This document shows positions 14,338 to 27,675 of a stretch of DNA of 64,000 nucleotides, piece after piece. The notes beneath the pieces were generated by a model. That model did no database searches, had not been told where the DNA came from, and saw nothing but the letters and a program-made list of their open reading frames with translations. Where the stretch lies: contig NC_043002.1 of the NCBI RefSeq assembly GCF_006345805.1, positions 84,444,001 through 84,508,000 of the forward strand. The letters are read 5' to 3'. The stretch comes from Octopus sinensis (taxonomy: Eukaryota). The first letter of the stretch is position 1; each line of letters begins with the position of its first letter. The position numbers and the translations under genes were made by a program.

Positions 14338-15199
14338 TAACTGCATACCTCATTGCTGATCAACTCAGCAACCCACTACATCAGACCAACAGATGCACTA
14401 TTTTTTGTCTTTGCTTATTGTACCTTTACAACAGCCTCTATGTGTGTATGTAAGGAAGTATTTGATTATTGCTATAAGAATCTGATGAACTTATGGAATG
14501 TAATATGTATATCTGAGTATGAAAAGGGCGTGGCAGGAATGGTTCTTGAACTGAGATGGAAGATCTAATGAAATTAGGAATTCTTAGAAATACATAGACC
14601 TTAGCTTTGAGAAAACAAGTCAAGGGTAATGACTCGTGTTAAAATGTTTCAAAGTAATTTCCCTTTAAAGATGTAACGTTTAAAATACTGGTCTCTGTGT
14701 TCAACAAGAGACTTTTCACATAGTCATTCAACCTATTGGAAATAGCAACGAACTCTTCAACAAAATCATACTCAACTGTCTTAAATAAAGAATATACTGG
14801 ATAATGTAGTTCCTCATATACAAAAAAGATGAGATAGTCATAACTGGAACGACTTCCATCAATGGTCTGTTCAATCAAAATTGATCTTGTGTGAATTAAA
14901 AAATTTATTTCAAATCAATGAAGAAAGGTCTTTGTGCAGTTGTTCAACCTCCAAGAAATAGCAGCTAAATTTTCTTGAGATAATATCCTACTATCTTAAA
15001 TAACGAAAAGACAAATTGGACAATTTCATCCTATATATTAAGTCACCTATCCTCCAAAAAGAATTGAGATAACATATTACATGAACTAACAGGAAACACC
15101 TCACTCCAGAGGGCTTAATTTTCCTTAGTAATAATTAATTTTAATTTAAGCATAAGGCCAGTGATTTTGAGGGATCTAAAAGCAATTTGGAAGTTTGCT

Positions 15200-15817
15200 A
15201 TGCAATAAAGTTAAACTGGACAAAAATGCTTCTGAAACTTATAAAATGCTCTGGAATGCTTATCAATTAAGATGTATGAGCTAAGTATCTATTTTTCATT
15301 GGCAAAGCAAAGTCCATCAGGCAAAGCAAGTCCATCTGGAAGATCATGATAATCCCCTTCTTTGACATCAAGGGTATCATCTACATCCCCTAGGTTCCCT
15401 CTGGCCAGACGGACAACCAAGAGTACTTTGTGGAAGTTTTGAGGGAGTTCAAAAAGCAATTTCATCATGAAAGGTGAGGGCACCTGCATCAGGGCAATGC
15501 ACTAGTCCACAATTTCCATTTTAGTAACCAACTACTTGACAGAGACAGATATCAAAAACGTCGTTCACCCTCCTTACAGTCAGGATGTTGTTCCCTGTTA
15601 CTTTTGCTTGATCCTGAAGTTGAAGATGAAGGAGAGGAGTCTGTAACAAGGGTCCTGGACACCTTCACTTTGGAGGATTTCCATAAGGCTGGAGCACTAC
15701 AAGAAGTGCATTGAAATCAGAGGATCCTACTTTGAATGGGATTAGAGTTTTGTACTTCTTTGGAATTAATAAATGTCTTTCCTGAAAAAGTCTCAATACT
15801 TTTTTAACGCACCTTAT
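15200..15817 (+). mobile_element. Tc1/mariner transposase fossil
   Basis: Decayed FFDIKGII..GQTDNQEYFVEVL, HQGNA and HPPYSQDV (YSPDL motif); right end caatacttttttaacgcacct followed by TA. Confidence 0.8.
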
Positions 15818-17389
15818 ATCTTTCAGTTATCATCATCGTCTTCTAAATTCACTCACAAGACTTTGGTCATAAGGGCTATAGTAGAAAACACTTGCTCAGG
15901 GTGCCACAGTGGGACTAAACCCAAAACCATGTGGCCAAGAAGCAAACTTCTTACCACACAGTCATATCTACACCTAATTCAGATGCTTATAATTAGTCAC
16001 ACTGCACAGTTATTCTACTGAACCATGATATTAACTGAAGTTGTGACAAGGCTTGTAAAAGTTACACCATTACGTAAACCTAGAACAGGACCACGAAGAA
16101 GAGTAGGTAAGATAATTGGCTGTTAGCTCATGTTTTAAATTCAGATTCATAACACACTTTTTATTTGTATCTGGGCTGTTACTTCATTTCACATTTTCAA
16201 ATATCCTAGGTATGAAATGACCAATTAGATATTGGGCTATTTTCAGTTAATAGGCTGCTAAGTTCAAAATGATTGAAAATATTTTGTTGTTGTTGAGATT
16301 CAGGTCAGTCCAGTGCCATCTTAAAACATGGGCATATTGTGTAGTTGCATGGGAGCCCCATGAGTTAAGAGGCTCAATGCTAATCTTTGTGCCCCATGGC
16401 TTGTGATCACTGAATATGATAGACACCCAGTAGATTGCTTTGCATACAGGCTTCGAATACTCTTAAGATGGTCCTGGGTCGGCCCAGATTTTTTTTTGTT
16501 TTTATCTCTTGCTCAGGAGAGAAGACAGCGCTTATGTCTCTTCTGCAGGGCCTCTGAGACTAGTGAGAAGGGAGAGATGAAAGTGAACTCAGCTGTGGAC
16601 TTGAATGCTTGCAAGGGAGTAGATACTCCTAAAGGCATACAAGGACCATTTAATAGAGTTAAACTAGGTGAAGGATTAAGTCTACCATCCAAGTAGGCCA
16701 TTCCAAGATTTGAACTCAGAACATAAAGAACTAGAACAAATTGCAAGGCAGTTCATCTGATTCTTTATTATTCCCACCAGTCCATTAACCTATGCTGGTG
16801 CATTATTTATCAACACTGAAAGGATGAGAGGCAAAGTTAGCCTTGACAGGATCTGCATACAGAACAGAAAGTCACCGACAATAAACTTATGACTAAGCAA
16901 ACCAAAGGCATGCCAGACTGCTCTACTTCAGACATTATGTATCTAGAACTACATTATGGAATGTTTCCATCTTTTTCAAGACAGTAGGGTGTAATTTGAA
17001 GGAGATTTGACTGCCATTTCTAACGAGTCCTTATACCTAATTAAGTATATCGACCCGTTCGAAATATTGTTCCAGCAGTAATTTCTGTTTTCTTAGAATG
17101 TTACCTGATATCCTGTGGGGAATTCTAATCCCTTACTTGACAGAAAAAAAAAAAGAAAAGAAAAAATCATGGGTGAAAATTGGCGGCAGGAGGGGTATCT
17201 AGCCGTAGAATCCTGCATCGAAATTAATTTCTGTCTGAGTCATAATGGCATGGAAAAACAAATGTTAAATTTTTTCCGCCCACGAAGAAATTTATTTCAT
17301 CTTGAAACCAAAACTAAGCACTAACACTTAGATTTTGCGAGATTCCCATTCTCTTACTTAGTTTTCAGCACGTCTCCACTGCCATTCAT

Positions 17390-17983
17390 GTTCGTTAATT
17401 TTATAACTTATATTTATATTTTACTGTTGAAGTGTTTGGTTCCATTCACAAATAGTTTTTAGGTGGGAAAAATGTCTTCGGAGTATTGTTTCTTCTGGAA
17501 TAGTGCACTAATATTTATATTTTCAAATCATTTTGCCACAAACGGAGAGTTACATAGGGTTAAGATAAGAAAAAAAAAAACTACTAAAAGCTTGAAAACC
17601 AAATCAACAAAATGCGTGATAAATAAAATATATAAGCGTTGCCGACAAAAGAAGTAACAAATTTGTCTTCGTTATTACTATTATTCATGACATACGACCC
17701 ATTTCCAATTTTTACAGACAATTCCTTTCACTAATTACAACCTCACAAAATCCCATTTCCTCTCTTAAAAATCTGAAGTTTTATGGACATGTAAAATATA
17801 AAAGAAATAATTTCTTTAAATTACGGAAGTCAAATAATTGTGTGTAATTTTTAAAAAATGTTTGTTTGATGTCAGATTTTTAAAAATAATATTCTCAATT
17901 ATATCCAATAAACATCACAACATCGTTACTGCGGTTCCATAAATTGACGGAAGTGAATTTGTGTATGTTCGTATTTCCCAAGC
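17390..17983. promoter_or_regulatory. Probable bidirectional promoter and 5' UTRs between MED31 and the C9orf72-like remnant
   Basis: About 595 bp between divergent ATGs, free of recognisable repeats; two ETS-type CGGAAGT motifs (17824-17830, 17948-17954). Confidence 0.5.
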
Positions 17984-18020
17984 ATGGCTTCTTCTCGAGT
18001 CCCTGTTCATCCTAGTCAAG
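17984..18020 (+). CDS. MED31: Mediator subunit 31, coding exon 1
   Basis: AGCATGG start context; MASSRVPVHPSQ plus G, donor gtaaag; phase 1 completes E of ETDEQQK in exon 2. Confidence 0.75.
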
Positions 18021-18999
18021 GTAAAGAACGGCATTTTTAGCTTCTTTCTCTCTATATATATATATATACACACAATATTTTATTAACTGAGAAAACTACA
18101 GAAGTAACTAAAATGTTTGAGCCAAGATATTTATATATACATACATAAACCAAAATATATTTCACCAACGTAAAATCTAGTGTCTCATTTCAAATTTTTG
18201 TTTTTCTTTTGTCACGGCGAGAAGCTTCTTCAGCATGTTTTCCTATTTGAAAAGGAGTGTATTAAAAGAGATTCAAGAACTGTTTGTATTATTTTGTTAT
18301 TTGGCGAGAATAAGTGAAAGTAATAGACTAAAACATTCTGAAGTGTATAGTACGAAATCTTCCCATGTTTTTCATAATGTTCATAACAGTATGTGTGTCT
18401 ATCACTTCACATCATTTGTTTTGTTTTGACAGTTATTTTACTGAATAATTTTTCATTTAAGTTGGACTGCCAGTTCATTTATTCGCTGCAAATTAAAATG
18501 AACGATGACCTATTCGTGAACAACCAGAATCATCATACTGATATATTGTTAGTTAAAAAAATAATAATAATCAAATGCGATGTTTCGTTTTGTGATGCAG
18601 AAAATGAATCCACTGAAGTCAGCAGAGATTGGCATAATAAAAATAAAACGAAAGTAAAGTAATGCTCGGTAATACTCGATTAAACTTGGCTATAGAATGC
18701 AACTAGAAGAATATTTTTTTCTTTTCTTTGGAACTGAAAATTTTGTGTCAAAGAAATGGCCGACCCTCTAACACTGCAAGCACCTGTGAGAATGTGCACA
18801 ATATCATTAACATTGATGAAGTGATTGAAAGGAATCTTGTCGAAATGGATGTAGGTTTTAATGCGATGAACATTTGGGATTAATTCATAATGCAACGATA
18901 TGCTGTATTGAATTAATGCATTTTGTGAAAAATAAACCACACATTACCTTGTATAGCTCATAAGAGCTATGGACACATAAGTGGTGTACTGGAAGTAAT

Positions 19000-19550
19000 T
19001 AGGTGGCTGGCTGGTTTTCTGAAGTTAGTGTTGCAGATCATGAGATCATTTGCATCACAGAACTCCAGCAGCCGTGTTCCCTTCTCATTCCTAGGACTGA
19101 AGCCATAACTACCATGTACTTCAGGGAATCCATGGCCTGCCCAACATGTCCATTGAAATCACCAGGCACAATAACCAAGCCTCTGCCATTTGTTGTTGAA
19201 GTAGTCTGCAAAAGGACCTCGTAGAATTGGTCCTTTTGCTCATCAGCCAGTCCAGAATGAGGAGCAAAGGCAGAGATAAATGTAACAGTTAATTTATCTA
19301 TAAGTCTCAGCTTAATTGACTACTTCAGTTATCTTATCTATCCACTTTTCTGCTAAAAGTATGCCTGCATCACTCTTGCCAGCCCAGAAGAATTTGAACC
19401 TCTATTTCTTACCCATGAGAAATTTAGCAGAGGTTCCCTCCATCTTACTTCTTGCATGCCATACATGTCAACCTAGCATCACTCCAGCATTTCAATAATC
19501 TCACCACCCCTCCCTTTCATTATGTCAATGTTGATGGTAGCGGACCTAAA
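19000..19550 (-). mobile_element. RTE LINE apurinic-endonuclease fragment
   Basis: Minus strand carries decayed APE motifs (GDFNGHVG-like, RLLEFCDANDL) similar to the N-terminal part of ORF 55158-57368. Confidence 0.7.
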
Positions 19551-19989
19551 ATTGTGTAGTTGGGAGTGACAGTGGGAAGGCAGTTGTTGTGGAGCTTTTG
19601 TCATCACCTGAAAAAAACTGTGCAAACACTTGCCAGCTGGCATAGAGCTTTGGTGCATAGTTTATTCAATGAATTACAATTTCCTCAATCCCATACAATG
19701 TTCAGAGCAAAAGTCAACCAAGAAGAGATGAAAAGGGTATGAAAGGGCATGTAGGTTGACCAGGAAGAGAGGATAGGGTAGCTACACAGAATGGTTTAAG
19801 TATTATGTCTAAATATTTATATATGTGCTACCCTTAGATGTATATGGCACTCATGCGGACACCTGCATATAGGTATAGTGGTACAAAGAAGAAAGTAAAC
19901 AAAATATATACCTCTGTCCACAGTATAGGCAGAGTATATGAATTTCCAGGGAAACAGTTCATGTATGTTTAAATGAAAATGGTGGTGGT

Positions 19990-20460
19990 GGGGTGGGGAG
20001 TGTGGGAGCACAACATGTGTTCAAAAATGGATGCTGTTGCGAACAGGCTAGACTCAAATTGTCTACCACGATCTGTTGTCACTGCGTTTGGTATGCCAAA
20101 TCTAGACATCCAATTGGTAAATAAGGTTTTCACTATGGTTACTGCAGATACGTCCTTTATCGGATAAGCCTTTGGCCATCTTGAAAAACGATCTATACAC
20201 GTCAACAAATATATATTATCTTCACATGGAGTTAAGGGTCCAACTATATCAATGTGGATATGTTGGAATCTTCGGAGATGGAGACGACGTTGGTGATGAC
20301 GTTCTGTCTGTCGCTGGTATACAATAGCGTCTTCATAGTATGGTTGGCTTGGCTATCGTCTATCTTTCAAACTGGAACATAGCTGAGTAAGCTCTGTGGT
20401 CTCCGACTAGACCTTAGAAGGTCTTGAGCCGAAAGACGATGAATCGTGAAATTACTAGCC
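19990..20460 (-). mobile_element. Gypsy LTR retrotransposon integrase fragment with adjoining upstream remnant
   Basis: HIDIVGPL...LLTCIDRFSRWPKAYPI...WMSRFGIPNAVTTDRGRQFES is an rve integrase core. Confidence 0.85.
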
Positions 20461-21859
20461 TATTTATGGAGTGAAGATGGCTCAATTGAAAGATCCTATC
20501 TGAAAGCCGTGATTGGTCGTTTACATACTGGCACGAAATAAGTAGAGACAGACCGCGCTTAGATGCTAACCAATCAGATCAGTGGACACAACAAGGTTAA
20601 ACTAGCCAAAGATGTTTGTTAATCTCAAACGAGATCATTCCTAATGTTTTTCTCAAACAGTGAGGATTGCTACACTGTGTTCAGAACATGCATGCACGAA
20701 TATTAGTCTCCACATAGTTAAATGGACTTACAAAAAGTAGTAATATTTAATTATTCTTATTCTTATTATTAAGGCAGCGAGCTGACAGAATCATTAGCAC
20801 GGTGGATGAAATGCTTAACAGTATTTCGCCCATTGTTATGTTCTGAATTCAAATTCTACCTAGGTCGACTTTCCCTTTCAGGTTCAATAAATTAAGTACC
20901 AGTGAAATACTGGGGTTGATGTAATCAATTATCCCCCTTCCCTCATATTTCAGGCTTTGTGCCTGTAGTAAAAATTATTATTATTATTATATTAATACAC
21001 ATGTACATTTTAATCAGCATATTTATCATCTAAACATTCATGCAATGAGAAGAGAGGATGGCTGAAATACATGTGGCCTAGCAAGCAAGATGTTGATGGG
21101 AAAGAGGAAATGTAGAAACCTTGACCAAGTCACATTTGAATAAAGATAGGAACTTAGCTGTTGTTTCACAAACGGCAATCAACCAAAGGGGACTGGATCA
21201 TAAAATGAAACATTGCTATATGTACATAAATAGGAAAGATGCTGGTCTCAGAAGGCTCATGTTTGGGTTAAAATATGGTCCAATCCAGATTCTCAGGAAA
21301 CTAGAAAGGTTCTAGACCAGCAATAATAATGATTTCTTACATAGGTACCAGACCTCAAAATACTAGAGAAAACACTCAACTCTATTGGCTCTGGTATTTG
21401 ACTGCTTCTTAATTATAAGTACTGGAGATGATTTGTTCAACCAAACCCTCCCCATAGGTCTTGTACCTGTGCAATGAATTATTATTGTCAATAATAAGGT
21501 TTCTAATTTAAGCATAATGCCAGCACTTTTGAGTACTGACCCCAGTACTTGACTGGTACTATTTTTTTTAAAGAATAGTTTTTAGTTTAGGCATGAAACC
21601 AGCAGTTTTGAGGGAGTAACTAAATTAAACAGATTTATCTTATTTTAGGTAGCATAATTATCTCTGTAGTTATGCTATTTTGTAAGTTGTGAGCTATTAT
21701 CATCATTAGAACAGTAAATTGGCAAAATCGGTAGAATAGTGAAGAAAAGACTTTGTAATGTTTAGTTACATGACTTTATGTTCAGAAATTAAATCCTGCC
21801 TAGGTTTTCTTGGTCTTTCATCTTCCCAGGGATGATAAAATATTTACTGTATAAAAGAG

Positions 21860-22440
21860 ATATAAGGAAGAATGTAACGATTGATAAGGTGAATGACAAT
21901 GACCTTTTTGTGTGCACAGTCTGTGACAGACCATGCCTGTCTTTGGCTGGCCTCTGATCTCATCTGAAAATGCATGGAAAACGAACCTCCACCAACTATT
22001 CTGACTATATGTCTGTGCACACCTTTGAATGCAGTGTATGCCAGAAGGTTTGCAAATCCAACGGAGGCCTCAAAAGACATGTTAAGATCCACAAAAAGCA
22101 GAACTTATCTGCAGGTATTGGCGGTCCATTCAGAAGTGCAATCTATGTAGGTGGCTTTTTAAAAAGCCACATCAGACGCCATGATGGTTCTAAGGTGTAG
22201 GTACAGGAGGTGGTCAAACTCTGTATAAAGAGTAGACTCCATCAACTGCTAACAGGTAAGCTAGAGGTAGTAGATAACTTCTGCTAGCTAGGTGACCAAG
22301 TTAGCAGAGGTGGATGCTCTGAGAGTAGAAAACATGCCAAATCAGACTGGAATTTGGTGCAGCCTTCCAGCTTGCCAGCCCTGGTCAGACCCTCAAACAC
22401 ATACCAGCATGGACAATGGATGCTAAATGATGATGATGAT
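21860..22440 (+). mobile_element. RTE LINE C-terminal C2H2 zinc-knuckle region with RT and tail fragments
   Basis: CTVCDRPCLSLAGL*SHLKMH and FECSVCQKVCKSNGGLKRHVKIH, followed by a KLEVVDNF-like RT piece and a (GAT)n tail. Confidence 0.65.
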
Positions 22441-22748
22441 AATATATATATAAATAACTAAGGTTATTTCATAAGTGGTAGTATTCTGGCCCCAAAACTT
22501 ATGAGCTTGCATCTATTTTAAACCATAATGTAAATAGGTAGTCTGTTAAACTGTTGGGTTTTTTCACTGAGTTATAAAATGTGGTATCAGACATGTGAAA
22601 TATTTGGCAAGCTAATCTGAAAGATAGATTCTAAAGGATGTGAAACCTGATTTGCTATTTTAAAATGTGGGTCCTTTACTGTCTTCCTACTTGTGTTTGT
22701 CATTAAAAAAATAAAGTTTAACCTTTCTTATTTCTTTTTTACATCCAG

Positions 22749-22829
22749 AGACTGATGAGCAACAAAAAATTCGTTTCCAAGTGGAGATGGAATTTGTCCA
22801 GTGTCTTGCAAATCCAAATTACTTAAATT
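22749..22829 (+). CDS. MED31: Mediator subunit 31, coding exon 2
   Basis: Polypyrimidine tract plus cag, donor gtaagt; ETDEQQKIRFQVEMEFVQCLANPNYLN is the MED31/SOH1 signature. Confidence 0.97.
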
Positions 22830-23273
22830 GTAAGTTTATTTACTTTTTATTTCTATTTTTTTTTCGCATTTGACATCAATGAAAGCCTTCTTGTGCCTAT
22901 GTCTGCTCCAAGGACTTCTTAGCTAAGTTTATGTCTATGAATTCTAGACATAGCTCATCATTTGAATTTGAAATTTTCTGTCGGTAGATTTATCTATCAC
23001 AATGTGTCACTGTAGTGTTATCCTCCTCACCCTTTTGTACGCATCAATTCACTGCTCACTGTTACTTCTAGTATTACATAATCTTATGAAAGTGATATCA
23101 CTTTTCACTCCTTTTGAACCTTCTTCTGAAAAGTATTATTTCCATCAAAAAGAGATGATTCATGTTGAACTGTCGCTACTTCCATCAAAAGGAATATCAA
23201 AAACAACTTCCATGGCAATCAAACAATATCGTTAGCCACTACACACATTTTTTTCTCTCCTTGTTTTTTCTGT

Positions 23274-23315
23274 GTCCCTTTCTGTAGAAGAGCGTAGGCT
23301 CGAAACGTAAAAGAC
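23274..23315 (+). ncRNA. Minimal type-I hammerhead ribozyme-like motif (variant core)
   Basis: cttt-CTGTAGA-A-GAGC-gtag-GCTC-GAAA-CGTA-aaag: stems I and II pair, palindromic ACGT stem III, GUA triplet; core has U at A6. Confidence 0.55.
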
Positions 23316-26300
23316 TTTTTCTATTCCTGAGTGTTATACTAATACATCTGTTTGTTTTGTACACCACCTGTCTTCGTCTTTTGTTTTTTTCGTAAACTCT
23401 CCCTATATATATATATATATATATATATTAGAATTTTTGTTTGAAACAGCTTAAACAACTTAAACATCATTACAATATACTTGGTGTATGTCTTTGAGAT
23501 ATATAGTGAGTCAAAATGAGGCTGTACATATTCATTCTTAATATGTTCTTGCAGAATCATTAGCATGCCAGAGAGCGCAAATTCCACCAAAGTCAGCTTT
23601 GCCTTTCACCCTTTCAGGGTTGATGAAATAAGTACCAGTTGAGCACTTGGGTTGATGTAATTGACTTGCTCCTTCCCTCAAACTTGTTGGCTTTGTGCTA
23701 AAATTTGAAACCAATATGTTCTGGCAGATTTGAATATGAATATGTTAATTGCTGTTGTATTTTACCATCAGGTGATGTGTGTTGACAATACATACACTTG
23801 ATTCAGATTCTTTCTTTCTTTTTATTTTTTTTTGTGTCCATGATAATTTTCTTATCAGTTTGGCAGATATCATCACACTGAATTTTGTAAACAAGAATGA
23901 CCATTCTTGTTGAGATTTAGTGATCTGGCAATATCTTTGACAGAAGTGAGGCAATCAGTGTGAAACCTTGATCTCTCAAAGTCTGCTTATGTCACTGAAA
24001 AGTGTATTGTCAATATACATCTTCTGAAGGAAGAAGAGTGTTCTCCAAAGCAAAATACAGTGCTAATTAACATATTCATGTCCAAATCTGCCAGAACGTT
24101 TAAGAATGAATATGTACATCAATTTATGTGTATTATTTGATGTCTGTTTTCTATGCTGGCATGGGTTGGATGGTTTGACAGGAGCTGGTGATCCTGGAGA
24201 CTCTGCCATGCTCTGTCTACTTTGGTATGATTTCTACAGCTCAATGCCCTTCTTAACACCAACCACTTTATAGAGTGTACTGGATGCTTTTTTATGTGGT
24301 ACCAGCATCATCTAGATCACAAGTAACTTGCAAAGCCCCCCTCAACTGACGTGAGGTATAGTATTGAGGGAGGTAGCTTTGTGTCTGGTGATGAGTTTAA
24401 AATATGATAGAGGGACAGAAACAGGTGCCTTGCTGTAGAGGAGATACATCATTACCCTGGTTGGAAAAGAGAGAAGATAGACGTGAAGGTTTTAGGGCAT
24501 ATCCCCAAGATTGTAGTAGTATAGAGATGTGGGCAAGAAGTTCACAAGAGTGGGAGGTAGAGAGAAGGGAAATGCAGTGAATGGTGAAGGAAGGGCATCC
24601 AGCCTTGCCAAAGGAGATAATTGAACTTGATGCAGTCATATATTATTTATTGTTGATATGGCATGCTTTTCATCACTTTAGTGAGATGGTAAAAATGTTG
24701 ACATAATCAATTGTTCTCTGCCTTCAAAGGCCTCTGAAAAAATAATTAAAAAAATAAAATAGGTAAAGGTTGGTGACAGGAAGAGCATCCAGCCATGAAA
24801 TCCTTTAAATAACTCTCCCATCCAACCCATGTTACCATGGGAAAATGGACATAAGTAAACAAACACATATATAAAAAATGGAATGAAAATTTTTTTTAAA
24901 TATCGATATTTGAAGCAGATATGTAAAATCTTGTAGATCAGCTGAAACATGGAATATGATATAGCAACAGTATGAAATTTAAAATTTAAGTAAAGCTTAT
25001 GAATTACTTAATCCATTTGCAAAAGCATCCTAATAGCTCAAGGTAATTTTTACTTTATTTCTTCAAATTTTTCTTCTTTGAAAACATGTAAGAAATATGT
25101 AATTCCCTCAAGAATTCTAGGTATAGATTGATAAAGAATATTAATGAGAATTAAAATTAATAGGAGTCTGGTGCCAAATGTAACCAAAGCGAGGAGACTG
25201 AAAACCTGTTTAGAATAACATTGTTAGACCAAAGAAAGATAGGAACAGGTGTGGCTGTGTGGTAAGAAGTTTACTTCCACACCTCATGGTACTGTGTAGT
25301 ACCTTAAGTATAGACTGAGTGGTACCTCTACTGTAGACCTGTGCTGACCAAAGCCTTGTGAATGGATTTATTTGGTAGATGGAAATGAAGAGACTTGTCA
25401 TGTGTGTATATATATTTCTTTACTACCCACAAGGGGCTAAACAAGGACAGACAAAGGGATTAAGTCGATTACATCGACCCCAGTGTGTAACTGGTACTTA
25501 ATTTATCGACCCTGAAAGGATGAAAGGCAAAGTTGACCTCGGCGGAATTTGAACTCGGAACGTAACGACAGACGAAATACGGCTACGAATTCCGCCCGGC
25601 GTGCTAACGTTTCTACCAGCTTGCCGCCTTGTGTGTATATAAGGGGTAGAACCATGAAGGCATGAGATGTTGTGGTGAGAAAGGATCTTCATACATTGAG
25701 CCCAACAGAGGAGATGACAAAGGACTGAGACTTCTGGCAGTTTGCTATGCTTAAGAAGACACATCAAACTAAGTGAAATTGTGGCTGTCCATGTATACAG
25801 GTATGTCCTCTACATCCCTCTCTCTGTTGAGAGATCCTAGTCTTGAAGGCTCATGGATGCCAGTACAACATAGAATCATCCCTGCTGGTGGCTACGTTAA
25901 AAGCACCCACTACACTCTGTAGAGTGGTTGGTATTAAGAAGGGCATCCAGCTGTAGAAATAGTGCCAAAACAGACAAATGGTATTTTGGGCAGCTCTCCC
26001 GCTCCTGTCGAACTGTCCAACCCATGTCAGCATAGAGAACGGACATTAAATATTGATGATGATATACATACGTGCACAGATGCATGTATGTGTGTGTGTG
26101 TGTGGAGATGTTTGTGTTGCCTTGTCACAACACTTTGTGATAGTTGTAAATGATTGTCACTGTCATACAAGCAGCATCACTCATTTCCAATATACTGCAA
26201 AAGCATGTCTAACAAAGGCGAAGTATTATCTTGCTTGGAAACAGATGAGGGTTGGTGTCAGGAAGGGCATCCAGCTGTAGAAAATCTGCCTCAATAAAAC

Positions 26301-27578
26301 CAACCTATGCAGTCATGGAAAAGTGAATGTTAAAATGAGGTAAATTTCTAATCTAATGGTATTGTTAGTACAATAGCTAGTAAAGCATGAAATTCATTTA
26401 ACTTATTCATTGTCATTATATTTCATTCCTACTTCTTTGTTTAATGTAAATGTGTTGATTATATCAGTCCATGCTAGTCATACTATCTGTCATTTCCTGC
26501 TTGCATAAATTAGAAATATGAATCTAATGATTTTGCCACATTTAACCTTGGTGATATTTTAGATGAGCAATCTACCTTTTAATTACTTGAACACATCAAG
26601 TTGGCAAATTGGTGGCAGTCATTAGAGCAAAGAAAAAAAAAAATGCTTCATGGTATTTGTTCTGACTGTGTTCTGAGTTCCAACCCTGCTATGGTCAACT
26701 TTGTTTTTCATTCTTTTCAAGATTGATTAAAAAAAAAAACAAAAAAAACCCATCTATGACAGTGGATTTGAAGAACTCTAAAAATGTTGGACCTGATGTC
26801 TTGTGGTATTTCTTCTGGCTCTTTGTGTTCTAGGTTCAAATCCCACTATGGTCTACTTGGTAGATTTAATCTGTTATCTGGTTTAATATTGCAAGGTGTA
26901 AAGTTAATGTTTGGGGTTTCAGTGAGAATACAAGTTCACCTGTGGTCCCCAGTCACATGCATACACGCTTTGGGATCATGTGATCCGTAGCAGCTCATCT
27001 TGCTGTTGACAGTTGTAGAGGATTTGCTGACTGACTAAGTTACTACCGATTATTGGAACAGATGTATACTGAATCCACTTTGATAGGCCAAGTCCCTAGT
27101 TTGACGATACCTTTCTCACTGTCACTGTCCAGTCACAAAGGTCCTGTAAAGAGTCATAAGTACTATCTTCCCTCTTAACTTAAAAATAACAGAAATTTAA
27201 TTTTAATTTGTCTGAAACTGTAAAGGCACATGGCTCACTGGTTTGAGTGTTGGGTTCACGATCATGAGATAGTGAGTTCGCTTCCTGGACCGGGCTGTGT
27301 GTAGTGTTCTTTAGCAAGACACATTATTTGATGTTACTCCAGTTCACTCATCTAACCATGCCTAGACTTGTGCCTCTGAGGGTAACTTTCTAGGTGCAAT
27401 CTCATACTCATTCTTGACCAAGTGGAGTTCTTTACTTTTTTGTCTGAAATTTATTTCATGTTAGCATAGAAAATAAAGAATTTATCTTGGATGTTTTGAA
27501 TAATTATTTTTTGCCTTTGATCTAAATTATCAATACACAGTGATATATAATTAAACAAACAATGTGATATTTTTGCAG

Positions 27579-27675
27579 TCCTTGCCCAAAGAAACTATTT
27601 CAAAGATCCATCATTTGTGAACTATTTAAAATACCTTCAGTACTGGAAAGAGGCAAAGTATGCAAAATACCTCAA
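27579..27675 (+). CDS. MED31: Mediator subunit 31, coding exon 3
   Basis: Acceptor ttttgcag, donor gtgagt; [33 protein letters not shown]. Confidence 0.97.

Larger units (their letters stand above)
8990..17389 (-). pseudogene. C9orf72: Unprocessed (intron-containing) C9orf72-like pseudogene; exons about 17389-17358, 17135-17037, 16205-16019, 14885-14424, 9526-8990
   Basis: Colinear motif matches to human C9orf72 (from memory): YCWNNI~AYWDNI; TLLRGPVL~HTLNGEIL; NIMVQ|SILIEQTIDGSRSSYDYLIFFVYEEL~GVIIVSLIFDGNWNGDRSTYGLSIILPQTEL; HESLPLTCFL~GEVIPVMELL; FL*Q*SNTSLHTHIEAVV~FLLNAISSHLQTCGCSVV; RRLCLL~RTLCLF; FLIQG~LFVQG; LRAIKAEVNL~LRNLKIDLDL; RYVPGIKLYML~KIKPGLHSFIF. GT/AG junctions have compatible phases. 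In-frame stops (17093-17095, 16184-16186, 14639-14641, 9467-9469) and frameshifts are present. Confidence 0.72.

Noticed and set aside
9467-17095. Rescue of the C9orf72-like gene by A-to-I editing of stop codons to Trp
   Set aside because: Editing cannot repair the frameshifts, and the stops do not align with Trp residues.
21970-22200. C2H2 zinc-finger ORF as a host gene exon
   Set aside because: Preceded by a stop-interrupted finger and followed by RTE RT and tail remnants inside a MED31 intron; best explained as LINE-derived.
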